This document shows, in pieces, positions 16,700-26,385 of a stretch of 61,354 nucleotides of DNA. A program made the position numbers and the translations under genes. The stretch lies in the NCBI GenBank assembly GCA_937864815.1, contig CALMJY010000329.1, positions 1 to 61,354 on the forward strand, in the 5' to 3' direction. The notes beneath the pieces are model-generated. The model had not been told where the DNA came from, did no database searches, and saw only the letters and a program-made list of their open reading frames with translations. The DNA is from an uncultured Bacteroidota bacterium. Lineage in GTDB: Bacteria > Bacteroidota > Bacteroidia > Bacteroidales > VadinHA17. Numbering within the stretch: position 1 is the stretch's first letter; every line of letters starts with the position of its first letter.

Positions 16700-17506
16700 T
16701 TATGTAGATTTTATTTTATCGGCGATTCTGAAAAACAACCATGGCAGATACCTTCTTATGTGGAGCATGATCAACTCACTGCTTCCTACAAGTATCTCCC
16801 TCCTGTTTCTTTTTATCCCTCTTATAATCTGCTCAGCAGCTTTTTCAGGAGTTATACCTTTTGCCTGTCCCTCATCAAGCTTCCCGTGTTCCTTTCCGTC
16901 AGAGGTAAGGGCATGCATCGAGATAGCTGTTCTTACCCTGCCCGGAATGATCACGGAAGCCCTTACATTGTTTGATTTATTTTCGAGATGGAGTGTCTCA
17001 AAAAATCCATGAAGAGCCTGTTTCGATGCAGAATAAGCGGATCGTAACGGAAATCCGAATCTTCCCGAGATGCTGCTGGTTGCCAGGATATGACCGGATT
17101 TCTGTTTAATCATATACGGAAGGACAGCCTTTGTAAGGGCAATTGTTCCAAAGTAATTGATCTCAAATATTTTCCTGTCTAGCCACATCGGGGTTTCATC
17201 TATTCTTGACCTCTGGCTGATACCACCGATATTTATGAGGTAGTCAATTCTTTTAATCCTTTCCATCTGCTCATCAACAACAGCGCCTATTGACTCTGTT
17301 TCTGACAGATCGAAGGGTACACAAATAACATTTACCGAGTTTTCATTACACTCTGATCTGACTCTTTCGAGTCCGGCTTGATCATTTGATGATGCAATCA
17401 CTGTTGCGCCGCTTGCGGCAAAGATTTTTACCAGTGATTCTCCTATTCCTGAAGATCCTCCGGTTATCCAGGCAGTTTTACCTTTGAAATATTTATCCTC
17501 TGACAT
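16700..17506 (-). CDS. Short-chain dehydrogenase/reductase (SDR), DHRS7-like
   Basis: 268 aa. TGGSSGIG cofactor motif, catalytic S...YSASK, and a hydrophobic C-terminal tail. Confidence 0.85.
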   Translation of the reverse strand: MSEDKYFKGKTAWITGGSSGIGESLVKIFAASGATVIASSNDQAGLERVRSECNENSVNVICVPFDLSETESIGAVVDEQMERIKRIDYLINIGGISQRSRIDETPMWLDRKIFEINYFGTIALTKAVLPYMIKQKSGHILATSSISGRFGFPLRSAYSASKQALHGFFETLHLENKSNNVRASVIIPGRVRTAISMHALTSDGKEHGKLDEGQAKGITPEKAAEQIIRGIKRNRREILVGSSELIMLHIRRYLPWLFFRIADKIKST

Positions 17507-18836
17507 TCCCGATTTGATCTATTAGATTAACCAGTTCAGCATGGTCTGATTTAAGCTGTTCAAATTCTTTGTCTTTTGCCGATGCCAGGTTTCTAATCCG
17601 GAATCCGCCTTTGATTCTTTTATAAAGAAGGTAATAGTTCCATGCAATCAGACCGGTGAGAGGAAGGGAAATAAAGAAAACCAGACCAATCCACCATACC
17701 GAAAAGAATATAAGTGACAGAGCAAGGAAAAGAGGCAGAAGTATTATCGCCAGAGCTACTGAAAATCCATATCTGAGTGATGATACAAACTGAGGGTCCT
17801 TTATTTTCCTTGTCTGCCAGATCGGTATTCCCATGAAAATAGAATTAAAAATATTTCCAAAAACAAAGACAGGAAATCCGGCCAGAATGATAAGTAAAGA
17901 GGCTATCAGCAATCCCAGCGGATGTCTTTTCTTTTCCAGATGCCTGTAGTCTATTTTAAGTTTTGATGCATTTTCCTTTACAGCAAGGCTCAGCTTGCAT
18001 ATTCGCCTGTAAAGATTATTATCGCTGTCTCTGAGCTTATTCAGTTTCTCAATAAGGGCCCTGTCCCTGAATAGCTTTGGAGTTTTAATATCATCGCTGT
18101 ATTTACCATTTATTATGGTTCTCAGTTCATCTATAGCTTCATAATCCTCCTCTGATTCAATATGGACCATGAGTTCTTTAATTTCAGAAGAAAGCCTGTT
18201 TTTTAGTTCAACCAAAGCTCTCTCAGGGCTTGATTTATAGAGTCCATGAAATTCTGATACCTCAATAGGCTTACCATAAACCACTGTAAGCACCTGTCTG
18301 TATCTTATATAATGTGAATACTCAAGTCCGATTGGTATGATTTTTATATTCAGCTTATTATCCTCAGCTTCATCTGACTGGAATGCCACGCGGCAAATTC
18401 CTTTTTTCAGCTGGCGGAGACGTCTGAATCCCTCATGACTTCCTTCAGGAAGGATTACAAGTCCGTTTTTGTTTTTGATGACATCTATTGTTTTATTAAA
18501 GATCTCATCATTTCCCTTGAGGCTGGAATATCCGTCCCTGATTCTGTATACAGGCAGTATTTTCAGGAAATAGAGGATTGCTGCTACTGCTTTCTTCCTG
18601 AAAATATCAGCCCTTGCCAGAAATACCGGTTGTCCCTTATGTGTAAAAAGCACGGCAAGGGCATCCATAAGTGCATTCTGATGGTTGGGTGCAAATATAA
18701 GATGATGATCAGGGTTGATATTTTCCTGTCCTAAAATAATTACCTTCCTGTAAAAGACTTTATTGTGCCAGAAGCCTGCAACGAATTTGAGCAGAGCATA
18801 TCCGGGTGAATACTTCTCAATGTTTTGTTTACCCAT
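17493..18836 (-). CDS. Membrane-anchored glycerolipid acyltransferase (PlsC/GPAT superfamily)
   Basis: 447 aa. Motif I NHQNALMD and motif III ILPEGSH, a long helical linker, then C-terminal TM helices. Its stop overlaps the SDR start by 14 nt. Confidence 0.75.
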   Translation of the reverse strand: MGKQNIEKYSPGYALLKFVAGFWHNKVFYRKVIILGQENINPDHHLIFAPNHQNALMDALAVLFTHKGQPVFLARADIFRKKAVAAILYFLKILPVYRIRDGYSSLKGNDEIFNKTIDVIKNKNGLVILPEGSHEGFRRLRQLKKGICRVAFQSDEAEDNKLNIKIIPIGLEYSHYIRYRQVLTVVYGKPIEVSEFHGLYKSSPERALVELKNRLSSEIKELMVHIESEEDYEAIDELRTIINGKYSDDIKTPKLFRDRALIEKLNKLRDSDNNLYRRICKLSLAVKENASKLKIDYRHLEKKRHPLGLLIASLLIILAGFPVFVFGNIFNSIFMGIPIWQTRKIKDPQFVSSLRYGFSVALAIILLPLFLALSLIFFSVWWIGLVFFISLPLTGLIAWNYYLLYKRIKGGFRIRNLASAKDKEFEQLKSDHAELVNLIDQIGNVRG

Positions 18837-18976
18837 TGTAATACAAGGACTAATTGCTGCCTACCTGCCTTAATGGCGGTAGAGGATGATGCAAGTTAGA
18901 AAAAAGGAAATTTTTATTCTGAATTTCAGGTGTACTTTAGTGAGTGGAAGCTTAATAATAAGTCTTTATACTACCA

Positions 18977-19375
18977 TTATTTAATGAAATTTGAATCATC
19001 CTTAAGTTTGTCAATCAGCCTTCTTTCTTTTTTGGTTGGACGACCGGATCCTTTATCCCTGTAGAAAGTTCCTCCTGTATTCCTGAAATCAAGCTTGAGT
19101 TTTTCCTCTTCAGGAGTAAGATCTTCCAGAAACCGGCTGACAAGCTTTGCAGAGACTCTGTTTTCAATAGGTTCTATGACCCTGAAGGTGTAGTTTACAG
19201 GAGGTTTCTTAACTATAAGTATTTCCCCTTTTATTACTGTTCTTGAGGGTTTTACCTGAATGTTGTTGATGAAAATCCTTCCTTTTCTGCATTCATCGGA
19301 TGCAAGGCTCCTGGTCTTGAATAATCTTACTGACCATAGATATTTGTCGATCCGTATTTCCTTAGATTCTGACAT
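18977..19375 (-). CDS. hslR: S4-domain RNA-binding heat-shock protein Hsp15
   Basis: 132 aa. [19 protein letters not shown] is an S4 motif. It overlaps the pth stop by 14 nt. Confidence 0.8.
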   Translation of the reverse strand: MSESKEIRIDKYLWSVRLFKTRSLASDECRKGRIFINNIQVKPSRTVIKGEILIVKKPPVNYTFRVIEPIENRVSAKLVSRFLEDLTPEEEKLKLDFRNTGGTFYRDKGSGRPTKKERRLIDKLKDDSNFIK

Positions 19376-20003
19376 CCGGCTCCGGTTTGGATATATTTGC
19401 TTTATCAGGTTCCTTTTTTTCTGACGATTTTTTAGCCTTCCCTTCCTTGTTGAATGCTGTCATTGTGAGTTCAAGTCCTGCAAATGCAAAGGACTTTATC
19501 ATATCAATAACAATTGGAATTCTCTCTGCAATAATTTTATTTTCCTCAGGAGACCATTTCCCTAGAACAAAATCGACCTGTGATCCCTTTCTGAATTCGT
19601 TTCCAATGCCGAATCTGATCCTTGGATAGTCGTGCGTTCCAAGGATTTCTGTGATATGGGCCAGTCCGTTGTGGCCACCATCGCTGCCTTTTGGCCGCAT
19701 TCTTATACTTCCCAGGGGAAGAGCAATGTCATCGACTATTACAAGAACATTTTCAAGGGGAATGTTTTCTTTCTGCATCCAGTAATTAACGGCATTTCCA
19801 CTGAGGTTCATGTATGTTGATGGTTTGAGCAGAATTAGGTCGCGGCCTTTGTATTTAGTTGACACAACTTCACCGTAACGTTTGTCTGTAAAATAAATAT
19901 TGGATGCCTGAGCCATGGCATCCAATATCTGAAATCCTATGTTGTGTCGGGTATCCCTGTACCCTTCACCTGTATTTCCCAGGCCAACAATCAGATATTT
20001 CAT
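19362..20003 (-). CDS. pth: Peptidyl-tRNA hydrolase with a Lys-rich C-terminal tail
   Basis: 213 aa. [29 protein letters not shown] and a K/E-rich extension. Confidence 0.9.
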   Translation of the reverse strand: MKYLIVGLGNTGEGYRDTRHNIGFQILDAMAQASNIYFTDKRYGEVVSTKYKGRDLILLKPSTYMNLSGNAVNYWMQKENIPLENVLVIVDDIALPLGSIRMRPKGSDGGHNGLAHITEILGTHDYPRIRFGIGNEFRKGSQVDFVLGKWSPEENKIIAERIPIVIDMIKSFAFAGLELTMTAFNKEGKAKKSSEKKEPDKANISKPEPDVRI

Positions 20004-20037
20004 CGAGCCTGAATAAGATTAAAATTCAAAAAATTTA

Positions 20038-20658
20038 TTATTCGGCAGCCGGAGTTTCAGCAGCAGCAGCTCCTTCAGCAGCTTCACCTTCCCCTTCACC
20101 TTCTGCCTTAGCAGCGACGCGTGAGGTAGCAATGGTAACAACAACTGCTTTCTTCATGTCGAGGAAATCGATATTATCCAGTTTCAGGTCACCAACTTTT
20201 ACACTGTCATGAATCTTGAGCTCGGTTATATCAACCGGTATATATTCAGGCAGGTATTTTGGAAGTCCTTTAACTTTTACTGTCCTTTTCTTGATGCTTA
20301 ACTTACCTCCTGCTATAACTCCCACTGAATCACCATGAACTGTAACAGGTACTGATATAATAACTGGTTTATCTTCAAATATCTGCACGAAGTCAGCATG
20401 TATAATCCTGTCACTTACGGGGTGGAACTGGATATCCTGTAAAACAGTCTTATAAACATTCCCGTCAAGGTTCAGGTCAACAAGATGTGCTTCATGCGTG
20501 TAAACGAGATTTTTAAAAGCAAGCTCCTGTGCATGGAAATGAATATTGGACTCTTTACCGTAAATTACACAAGGTACTCCTTCAGCTTTTCTGATTTGTT
20601 TTGAACTCTTTTTTCCGAGCTCTTTTCTGATTGATCCTTTGATCTCAATTGTTTTCAT
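20038..20658 (-). CDS. rplY: 50S ribosomal protein L25 / general stress protein Ctc
   Basis: 206 aa. Full-length Ctc-type L25 (…GVPCVIYG…, …HADF…) with an Ala/Glu-rich tail. Confidence 0.9.
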   Translation of the reverse strand: MKTIEIKGSIRKELGKKSSKQIRKAEGVPCVIYGKESNIHFHAQELAFKNLVYTHEAHLVDLNLDGNVYKTVLQDIQFHPVSDRIIHADFVQIFEDKPVIISVPVTVHGDSVGVIAGGKLSIKKRTVKVKGLPKYLPEYIPVDITELKIHDSVKVGDLKLDNIDFLDMKKAVVVTIATSRVAAKAEGEGEGEAAEGAAAAETPAAE

Positions 20659-20735
20659 TTGTCTTTTAGTTATGTGCTACTCAATTCCGCAATGCGGGAC
20701 CCCATCACACGTTTAACATTAAAAATTTTGGCCTG

Positions 20736-20743
20736 CAAATATA
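20736..20743 (-). promoter_or_regulatory. -7 promoter box (TAnnTTTG) for rplY-pth-hslR
   Basis: The - strand reads tatatttg, 78 nt upstream of the rplY ATG at 20658. Confidence 0.4.
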
Positions 20744-20754
20744 TGACAAATGAA

Positions 20755-21693
20755 TCAGAATACAAAATTTGTCGATATCGACTGATTTGTGGTAACTGCC
20801 TCGATTGTTTTGGCGAATATATCGGCAATTGAGAGTACTTTGATTTTTGGTGAACTTATTGAAATAGGAACTGAATCTGAAACTACAAGCTCCACAATAG
20901 CTGAATTATTAATTCTTTCCACCGCATTTCCTGAAAGGATCGGATGAGTGGCAAAAGCTCTTATGCTTGTTGCGCCTCTTTCATTCATCATTTCTGCAGC
21001 AAGGCAAAGAGTTCCTGCTGTATCAACCATATCGTCGATAATAATAACATTTCTCCCTTCCACCTCACCTATGATAGACATTTCCTCAACTATATTTGGC
21101 TTTTTGCGGAGTTTATAACAGAGAACCATCTCTGACTGAAGGTGCCTGGAATAGGCATTTGCCCTTTTTGATCCGCCCATATCGGGAGCTGAAACACAAA
21201 GATTATCAAGGTTAAGATTCTCAATGTAGGGTGCAAATATTGCCGAACCGAAAAGGTGATCAACCGGGACATCGAAGAAGCCCTGTATCTGATCGGCATG
21301 AAGGTCCATAGTTATAATCCTGTCAACTCCGGCAGTGCTTAGGAGGTCAGCTGACAGTTTTGATCCGATTGATACTCTGGGTCTGTCTTTTCTGTCCTGC
21401 CGTGCAAATCCATAGTAGGGTATAACCGCGATTACTTTATAGGCTGATGCTCTCTTGGCTGCATCAATCATCAGAAGCAGTTCAAAAAGATTATCGGCCG
21501 GAGGATTGGTTGACTGTACGATAAACACCATGCAACCCCTTACAGATTCGTCGTAGCAGGGTTGAAATTCACCATCACTGAACTTAGTTACCGAGCTCTT
21601 GCCCAGTTCAATACCCAGTTTGTCAGCAATCATTTGTGCCAGATGTTTTGAAGACCTGCAGGCAAATAGTTTCATTGGTGCTTTTCCGAACAT
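20755..21693 (-). CDS. prs: Ribose-phosphate pyrophosphokinase
   Basis: 312 aa. DLHADQIQGFF, and the VIIIDDMVDTAGT PRPP-binding loop. An alternative start MKLFA is 18 nt downstream. Confidence 0.92.
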   Translation of the reverse strand: MFGKAPMKLFACRSSKHLAQMIADKLGIELGKSSVTKFSDGEFQPCYDESVRGCMVFIVQSTNPPADNLFELLLMIDAAKRASAYKVIAVIPYYGFARQDRKDRPRVSIGSKLSADLLSTAGVDRIITMDLHADQIQGFFDVPVDHLFGSAIFAPYIENLNLDNLCVSAPDMGGSKRANAYSRHLQSEMVLCYKLRKKPNIVEEMSIIGEVEGRNVIIIDDMVDTAGTLCLAAEMMNERGATSIRAFATHPILSGNAVERINNSAIVELVVSDSVPISISSPKIKVLSIADIFAKTIEAVTTNQSISTNFVF

Positions 21694-21736
21694 TTTCCTA
21701 TGGATTAGCTGTTAATTACTGATAATACACTATTCG

Positions 21737-21744
21737 CAAAAGTA
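21737..21744 (-). promoter_or_regulatory. -7 promoter box (TAnnTTTG) for prs
   Basis: The - strand reads tacttttg, 44 nt upstream of the ATG at 21693. Confidence 0.45.
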
Positions 21745-21749
21745 TAAAA

Positions 21750-22370
21750 TCAATGCCGATTTAATGGGTTGTTTGATAAATTGTTGATAGATTCTTCAAT
21801 GAAAGAAAGAATCTCATCCTTCCCTTTGCCCTTTACCGAAGATGATATAAAGGATTGAGGAAGGGAATCCCATGTTTCGAGCATCTCTTTGTTGAACGCT
21901 TCAATTGATTTTTCCACTGCTACTTTTGTAATCTTATCACTCTTTGTGAAAACTCTTACAAAAGGAATCTGATTATGACCGAGTAATTCCATGAATTTCA
22001 GGTCTGATTTCTGTGGCTTTAACCTGACATCGATGAGTACAAACAGGCATACAAGATTTTCCCTTTTAAGGATGTAATTTTCAGTCGATTTTACCCATTT
22101 GTCCCTCAGTGTTGCTGAAACCCTGGCATATCCGTAACCGGGAAGGTCTACAAGGTACCATTCATCATTTATAATGAAGTAGTTCATCGTTCTTGTTTTA
22201 CCCGGTTGTACTGAAATTTTTGCCATTCCCTTCCGGCCAGCCAGCATGTTTATCAGTGAAGATTTGCCTACATTTGAACGTCCTATAAAAGCAAACTCCG
22301 GTTTTGAAGTTACCGGGCATTCCTTTAGTGACGGACAGCTTTTAACAAAGGCAGCCGAGCGGATAATCAT
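21750..22370 (-). CDS. engB: Ribosome-biogenesis GTPase EngB/YihA
   Basis: 206 aa. G1 GRSNVGKSS, G3 DLPGYG, G4 TKSD. Confidence 0.88.
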   Translation of the reverse strand: MIIRSAAFVKSCPSLKECPVTSKPEFAFIGRSNVGKSSLINMLAGRKGMAKISVQPGKTRTMNYFIINDEWYLVDLPGYGYARVSATLRDKWVKSTENYILKRENLVCLFVLIDVRLKPQKSDLKFMELLGHNQIPFVRVFTKSDKITKVAVEKSIEAFNKEMLETWDSLPQSFISSSVKGKGKDEILSFIEESINNLSNNPLNRH

Positions 22371-22378
22371 ATACCATT

Positions 22379-23149
22379 TTATTTAAGGTCGTTATATGGT
22401 AAATCTATCTTTTTGACAAGCAGTTTGTTATTACCATAATTTGAGAGAACCTCAGCAAGTATCTCCACGCTTGATTTTGTTGGTGCATTTGACTTCCTGA
22501 GAGTAAGTGTCCCTACTCCATTAACCGTTTTTATCGGCTCAACTTTTGAAGTATCGTAAACACCATTTGAAAAATCACCCCTGAAGTACTTCACCTTGGT
22601 TGCCTTATTTGAAAGTCCGAGTGATATTTTGTAGGTACCGCTGGTTTTATAATCATCCTTTACAGTTACTTCCATTTCAGGATAATCTTTAATCAGCTTC
22701 CCGTCAGAAGTAAATTCTTCAAAGAAAAAGGTTCTCATTCCTTTTTTATATTCGAGTCTGGCTTTAATCCTTCCGTTCTTAAAATATTGCTGCTGAATAC
22801 CGTTAATCGTATCCCTGTCGTATGGTGTGGCACGGAAAACCCTGCCTTCGAGATAATACCATTTAGCTGAATCCTCCCTGAGTCCGTTCTCATACCAGAA
22901 AGTCTGACGTACCTGTTTTCCGTTATAAAATGATTTCATAAGCCCTTCTCTTACACCGTTTTTAAAGGTAACCTCTTTTATAAGTGTATTACCAGTGAAG
23001 TATTGCTTGATGCCGGTATAGCCGGTATCCGGTACCGAAACTGTATCAATTGCATCCTGTTTTCCTGCCTGTGAATTTCCACCTCCGCCACAACCTGATA
23101 TTATAAGTATAATCATGAGTAACAGAATCGTACCATTAAATAATTTCAT
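22379..23149 (-). CDS. Lipoprotein with MORN-variant (YwqK-like) repeats
   Basis: 256 aa. Lipobox ...ISGC and repeated ...NG.(R/K)EG....(Y/W)Y.NG... units. Confidence 0.6.
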   Translation of the reverse strand: MKLFNGTILLLMIILIISGCGGGGNSQAGKQDAIDTVSVPDTGYTGIKQYFTGNTLIKEVTFKNGVREGLMKSFYNGKQVRQTFWYENGLREDSAKWYYLEGRVFRATPYDRDTINGIQQQYFKNGRIKARLEYKKGMRTFFFEEFTSDGKLIKDYPEMEVTVKDDYKTSGTYKISLGLSNKATKVKYFRGDFSNGVYDTSKVEPIKTVNGVGTLTLRKSNAPTKSSVEILAEVLSNYGNNKLLVKKIDLPYNDLK

Positions 23150-23170
23150 AATAATGCTGTTTATAAGTAA

Positions 23171-24169
23171 TTAAATTGAACTTTCAGAATTTACGAAAAC
23201 TTCAAGCAACTTTGATTCTCCAAGCGGCTCCAGTGCAACTTCTTTTATCATTGCAGGGAGCAGGACAGTTTCTCCTTTTGTTACCTTATCAGATGATCCG
23301 TCCCAGCAAATATTGAATTCACCTTCAAGACAAATGTAGATTACAAATGAGTCATTGAAATAATATTCCTTATTTATTTTCTTGTTGAAAATCAGCAGGT
23401 TACTGTTAAAATATTCACAGTTGACAAGATTTGTGCTATTATTGATCTCAGCTGACTTTCTGATTTTGCCTCTTTTGGAAGTTTCTGAGAAGTCGATTGC
23501 ATCAAGTGCCAGGTCCAGGTGTAATTCCCTTTTTGCTTTGCCCGTGCTTTGTCTGTTCCAGTCTGATATTCTGTAAGTTATATCTGAGGTCTGCTGTATT
23601 TCCACGAGGACGGTACCTGCACCTATGGCGTGGATCCTTCCGGCAGGAGTGAAGAAAGTATCACCTTTTTCTGCCTTTTCTGTATTGAGAAGGTCGGTAA
23701 TGCTTCCGTTTTTTACAGCCTCTTCGTACATCTCTTTTGTCACACCTTCCCTGAATCCGGTATATATTTTTGCATCTTTTTCGCACTCAAGTATATACCA
23801 CATTTCAGTTTTTCCATATGCATTATGTCTTTCCTTTGCCATCTTATCGCCCGGATGGACCTGTACTGAGAGATCTTCCCTGGCCTCAATAAATTTTATC
23901 AGAAGAGGGAATTCATTGCCGAACTTCTCATACAGGGCATCTCCCGTAATATCGCCCATGTAGACCTCTATCAGTTCCTCAATTGTATTTCCGGCCAGAA
24001 AGCCGTTGCTTACAACCGACAAGTCTCCCTGTATACCGGAAACTTCCCAGCTTTCACCAATATTAGGAAGATTAGCGGCTTTTTTGTTATAGTGTTTTGT
24101 GAGTACATCTCCTCCCCACACTTTGTCCTTGAGGATGGGATCAAACTTTAACGGATAGAGTTCTGACAT
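23171..24169 (-). CDS. manA: Mannose-6-phosphate isomerase, type I
   Basis: Cupin motifs LSVQVHP, KTEMWYI and AGRIHAIG. I prefer the start at 24169 (MSELYPLKFDP), because a -7 box at 24212-24219 overlaps the longer ORF-track start at 24214. Confidence 0.8.
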   Translation of the reverse strand: MSELYPLKFDPILKDKVWGGDVLTKHYNKKAANLPNIGESWEVSGIQGDLSVVSNGFLAGNTIEELIEVYMGDITGDALYEKFGNEFPLLIKFIEAREDLSVQVHPGDKMAKERHNAYGKTEMWYILECEKDAKIYTGFREGVTKEMYEEAVKNGSITDLLNTEKAEKGDTFFTPAGRIHAIGAGTVLVEIQQTSDITYRISDWNRQSTGKAKRELHLDLALDAIDFSETSKRGKIRKSAEINNSTNLVNCEYFNSNLLIFNKKINKEYYFNDSFVIYICLEGEFNICWDGSSDKVTKGETVLLPAMIKEVALEPLGESKLLEVFVNSESSI

Positions 24170-24189
24170 ATAATTCAGGCACTTTTTAT

Positions 24190-24197
24190 TACATTTG
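24190..24197 (+). promoter_or_regulatory. -7 promoter box (TAnnTTTG) for udk
   Basis: tacatttg, 30 nt upstream of the ATG at 24227. Confidence 0.45.
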
Positions 24198-24211
24198 GGA
24201 AAATAATTCTG

Positions 24212-24219
24212 CAAAAATA
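24212..24219 (-). promoter_or_regulatory. -7 promoter box (TAnnTTTG) for manA
   Basis: The - strand reads tatttttg, 43 nt upstream of the ATG at 24169 and back-to-back with the udk box. Confidence 0.45.
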
Positions 24220-24226
24220 GGCATTT

Positions 24227-24859
24227 ATGTTGATAGTAGGAATAGCAGGTGGTACCGGTTCAGGAAAAACAACCGTTGTGAGGAAGATTTCAGAAGTTTT
24301 TCCCAACGGAGAAGTTCTGGTTATACCGCAGGACTCCTACTATAAGGATAACAGAGGAATATCGGTCGAAGAGAGGCAGAAGATTAATTTTGATCATCCC
24401 GATTCAGTGGAATTCAACCTTCTTATTGAACATCTTAAGGAGCTGAGAAAGGGACATAATGTTGAGATGCCAATTTATTCATACCTGACATGCCTAAGAT
24501 CAGAGGATACTATTACAATCAGGCCTTCAAGGGTAGTGGTTGTTGAGGGGATACTTATTCTAACCGATCCAGGACTCAGGAAAATGTTTGATATTAAAGT
24601 GTTTGTTGATGCAGATGCTGACGACAGGCTTGGGAGGGTGATACAGCGTGATATAATTGAACGTGGGAGGACAGTTATGAAAGTTCTGGAAAGATACCAT
24701 GATACAGTAAAACCATCTCATCTTCAGTTTATTGAACCTTCCAAAAGATATGCCGACATAATCATTCCGGGTGGCGGGGAGAACCAGGTTGGCATAGAGG
24801 TTCTCATATCAATAATAGAAAAGCACCTCACTAAAAGTAATACAAAACAAAATGCTTGA
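24227..24859 (+). CDS. udk: Uridine kinase
   Basis: 210 aa. P-loop GIAGGTGSGKTT, DSYY, EGIL. Confidence 0.9.
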   Translation: MLIVGIAGGTGSGKTTVVRKISEVFPNGEVLVIPQDSYYKDNRGISVEERQKINFDHPDSVEFNLLIEHLKELRKGHNVEMPIYSYLTCLRSEDTITIRPSRVVVVEGILILTDPGLRKMFDIKVFVDADADDRLGRVIQRDIIERGRTVMKVLERYHDTVKPSHLQFIEPSKRYADIIIPGGGENQVGIEVLISIIEKHLTKSNTKQNA

Positions 24860-25577
24860 CAACATCAGAATAGAGGATGTACTTTTCCTCGATATTGAGA
24901 CAGTTCCTGTTGCAGAGTCGATTGAAATGCTCGAACCGCGGATGCAGACTCTCTGGGATAAGAAATCAAAACTATTCAGAACGACTGAACAGACGGCAAA
25001 GGATGTTTATGAGAGAGCAGGAATCTATTCGGAATTCGGAAAAATAATATGCATTTCAGTCGGTTACATTAAGGAAAAGGATCCGTATGCCCTCAGGCTT
25101 AAATCATTTTACGGGGATGATGAAAAGGTTTTACTAACCGAATTCTCCGCTATGCTTTCGAAGTTCACCAGGTCAAACAGGGAGTCTCTTCTTTGTGCCC
25201 ACAATGGAAAGGAGTTTGACTATCCATATATTGCCCGGAGGATGATTATCAACAGCATGCAGATTCCGGAACTGCTCGATAATGCCGGAAAGAAACCCTG
25301 GGAGGTTAAGCTGCTTGATACAGTGGATCTGTGGAAATTCGGTGATTACAAGAACTACACATCACTCGACCTTCTGACTTCGGTTTTGGGCATACCCACT
25401 CCAAAGGATGATATTGACGGGAGCATGGTGGCAGGGATCTATTACAGAGAAAAAGATATTGAAAGGATTGTCCGTTATTGTGAAAAGGATGTTCTGGCAA
25501 TTGTTCAGATCCTGCTGAGGTTTATGAATAAACCACTTGTTACTGCTGATAGAATAGAGTCAGTAACATTTTCCTAG
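24852..25577 (+). CDS. RNase H-fold 3-prime-5-prime exonuclease (PolB-exonuclease-like)
   Basis: 241 aa. The LFLDIET (ExoI), HNGKEFDYPY (ExoII) and YCEKDV (ExoIII) pattern. It overlaps the udk stop by 8 nt. Confidence 0.65.
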   Translation: MLDNIRIEDVLFLDIETVPVAESIEMLEPRMQTLWDKKSKLFRTTEQTAKDVYERAGIYSEFGKIICISVGYIKEKDPYALRLKSFYGDDEKVLLTEFSAMLSKFTRSNRESLLCAHNGKEFDYPYIARRMIINSMQIPELLDNAGKKPWEVKLLDTVDLWKFGDYKNYTSLDLLTSVLGIPTPKDDIDGSMVAGIYYREKDIERIVRYCEKDVLAIVQILLRFMNKPLVTADRIESVTFS

Positions 25578-26377
25578 AAATCTCCGGTAAGGCTTAAAAG
25601 GTTCCTGGCAACCTCATCGGGCTGATCTGCATGAAGCCAGTGTCCGGCGTTTTTTACCACATTTATTTCGGCAGAAGGGAATATTTTCAGGACACCGGGA
25701 TAATCTGAGTTGCTTAAATAGTCTGATTCAGAACCCTTAAGGAAAATTACCGGGAAACCTGTGATCTGGTTTTCAGGTACTTTGCTGATGTCAATACCCT
25801 CCATAATATGGTTCAGATTGTTTAATATTGACTTTACATTTAGTTTCCAGCTAAAGTTGTTCCCGCTGATTCTTTGAAGATTTTTTAGTATGAATCCTCT
25901 GATATTTTCATCAATTACCTTTTTTTTAAGTTCTTCATCAGCGTCGGTCCGTGAATGAATGTTCGAAAAGTTTAGGGAACTCATTGCTTCAAGGATGCTT
26001 TTATGAAGCATGAAGGCCTTATTTTCTGTAGTAACATTTGCAAAGGGTGAAATATCAGCGATGAGAAGCCCACTGAGCTTTTCCGGCCATTTAATTGAGT
26101 AAGCCACGGCTACTTTTCCACCCATGCTATGTCCTGCCAGAAAAAAATTCTTTAAGCCGAGGTGTTCAGACAGTTCCTCAATGTCCTCACTCATTGCCTG
26201 ATAATTCATTATAGCAGAATGAGGAGATTGTCCGTGATTCCTCAGGTCAGGCAGGTAAACGGTATAATTTTCACCAATTTTCTTTGCGATGGATACCCAG
26301 TTATCCGATGATCCATATAGCCCGTGAAGGATTATTAACGGAGGTCCGCTGCCATGACTTCGGAAGAAGAGTCTCAT
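25574..26377 (-). CDS. Alpha/beta-fold hydrolase
   Basis: 267 aa. HG oxyanion motif (ILHGLYGS), nucleophile elbow GHSMGG and a C-terminal GHW. Confidence 0.75.
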   Translation of the reverse strand: MRLFFRSHGSGPPLIILHGLYGSSDNWVSIAKKIGENYTVYLPDLRNHGQSPHSAIMNYQAMSEDIEELSEHLGLKNFFLAGHSMGGKVAVAYSIKWPEKLSGLLIADISPFANVTTENKAFMLHKSILEAMSSLNFSNIHSRTDADEELKKKVIDENIRGFILKNLQRISGNNFSWKLNVKSILNNLNHIMEGIDISKVPENQITGFPVIFLKGSESDYLSNSDYPGVLKIFPSAEINVVKNAGHWLHADQPDEVARNLLSLTGDF

Positions 26378-26385
26378 TTCATTGA

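Noticed and set aside
20686-20699. Small hairpin (ccgc aat gcgg) in the 78-nt rplY leader as a possible autoregulatory L25 site.
   Set aside because: It has only a 4-5-bp stem and no further recognisable structure. That is too weak to call.
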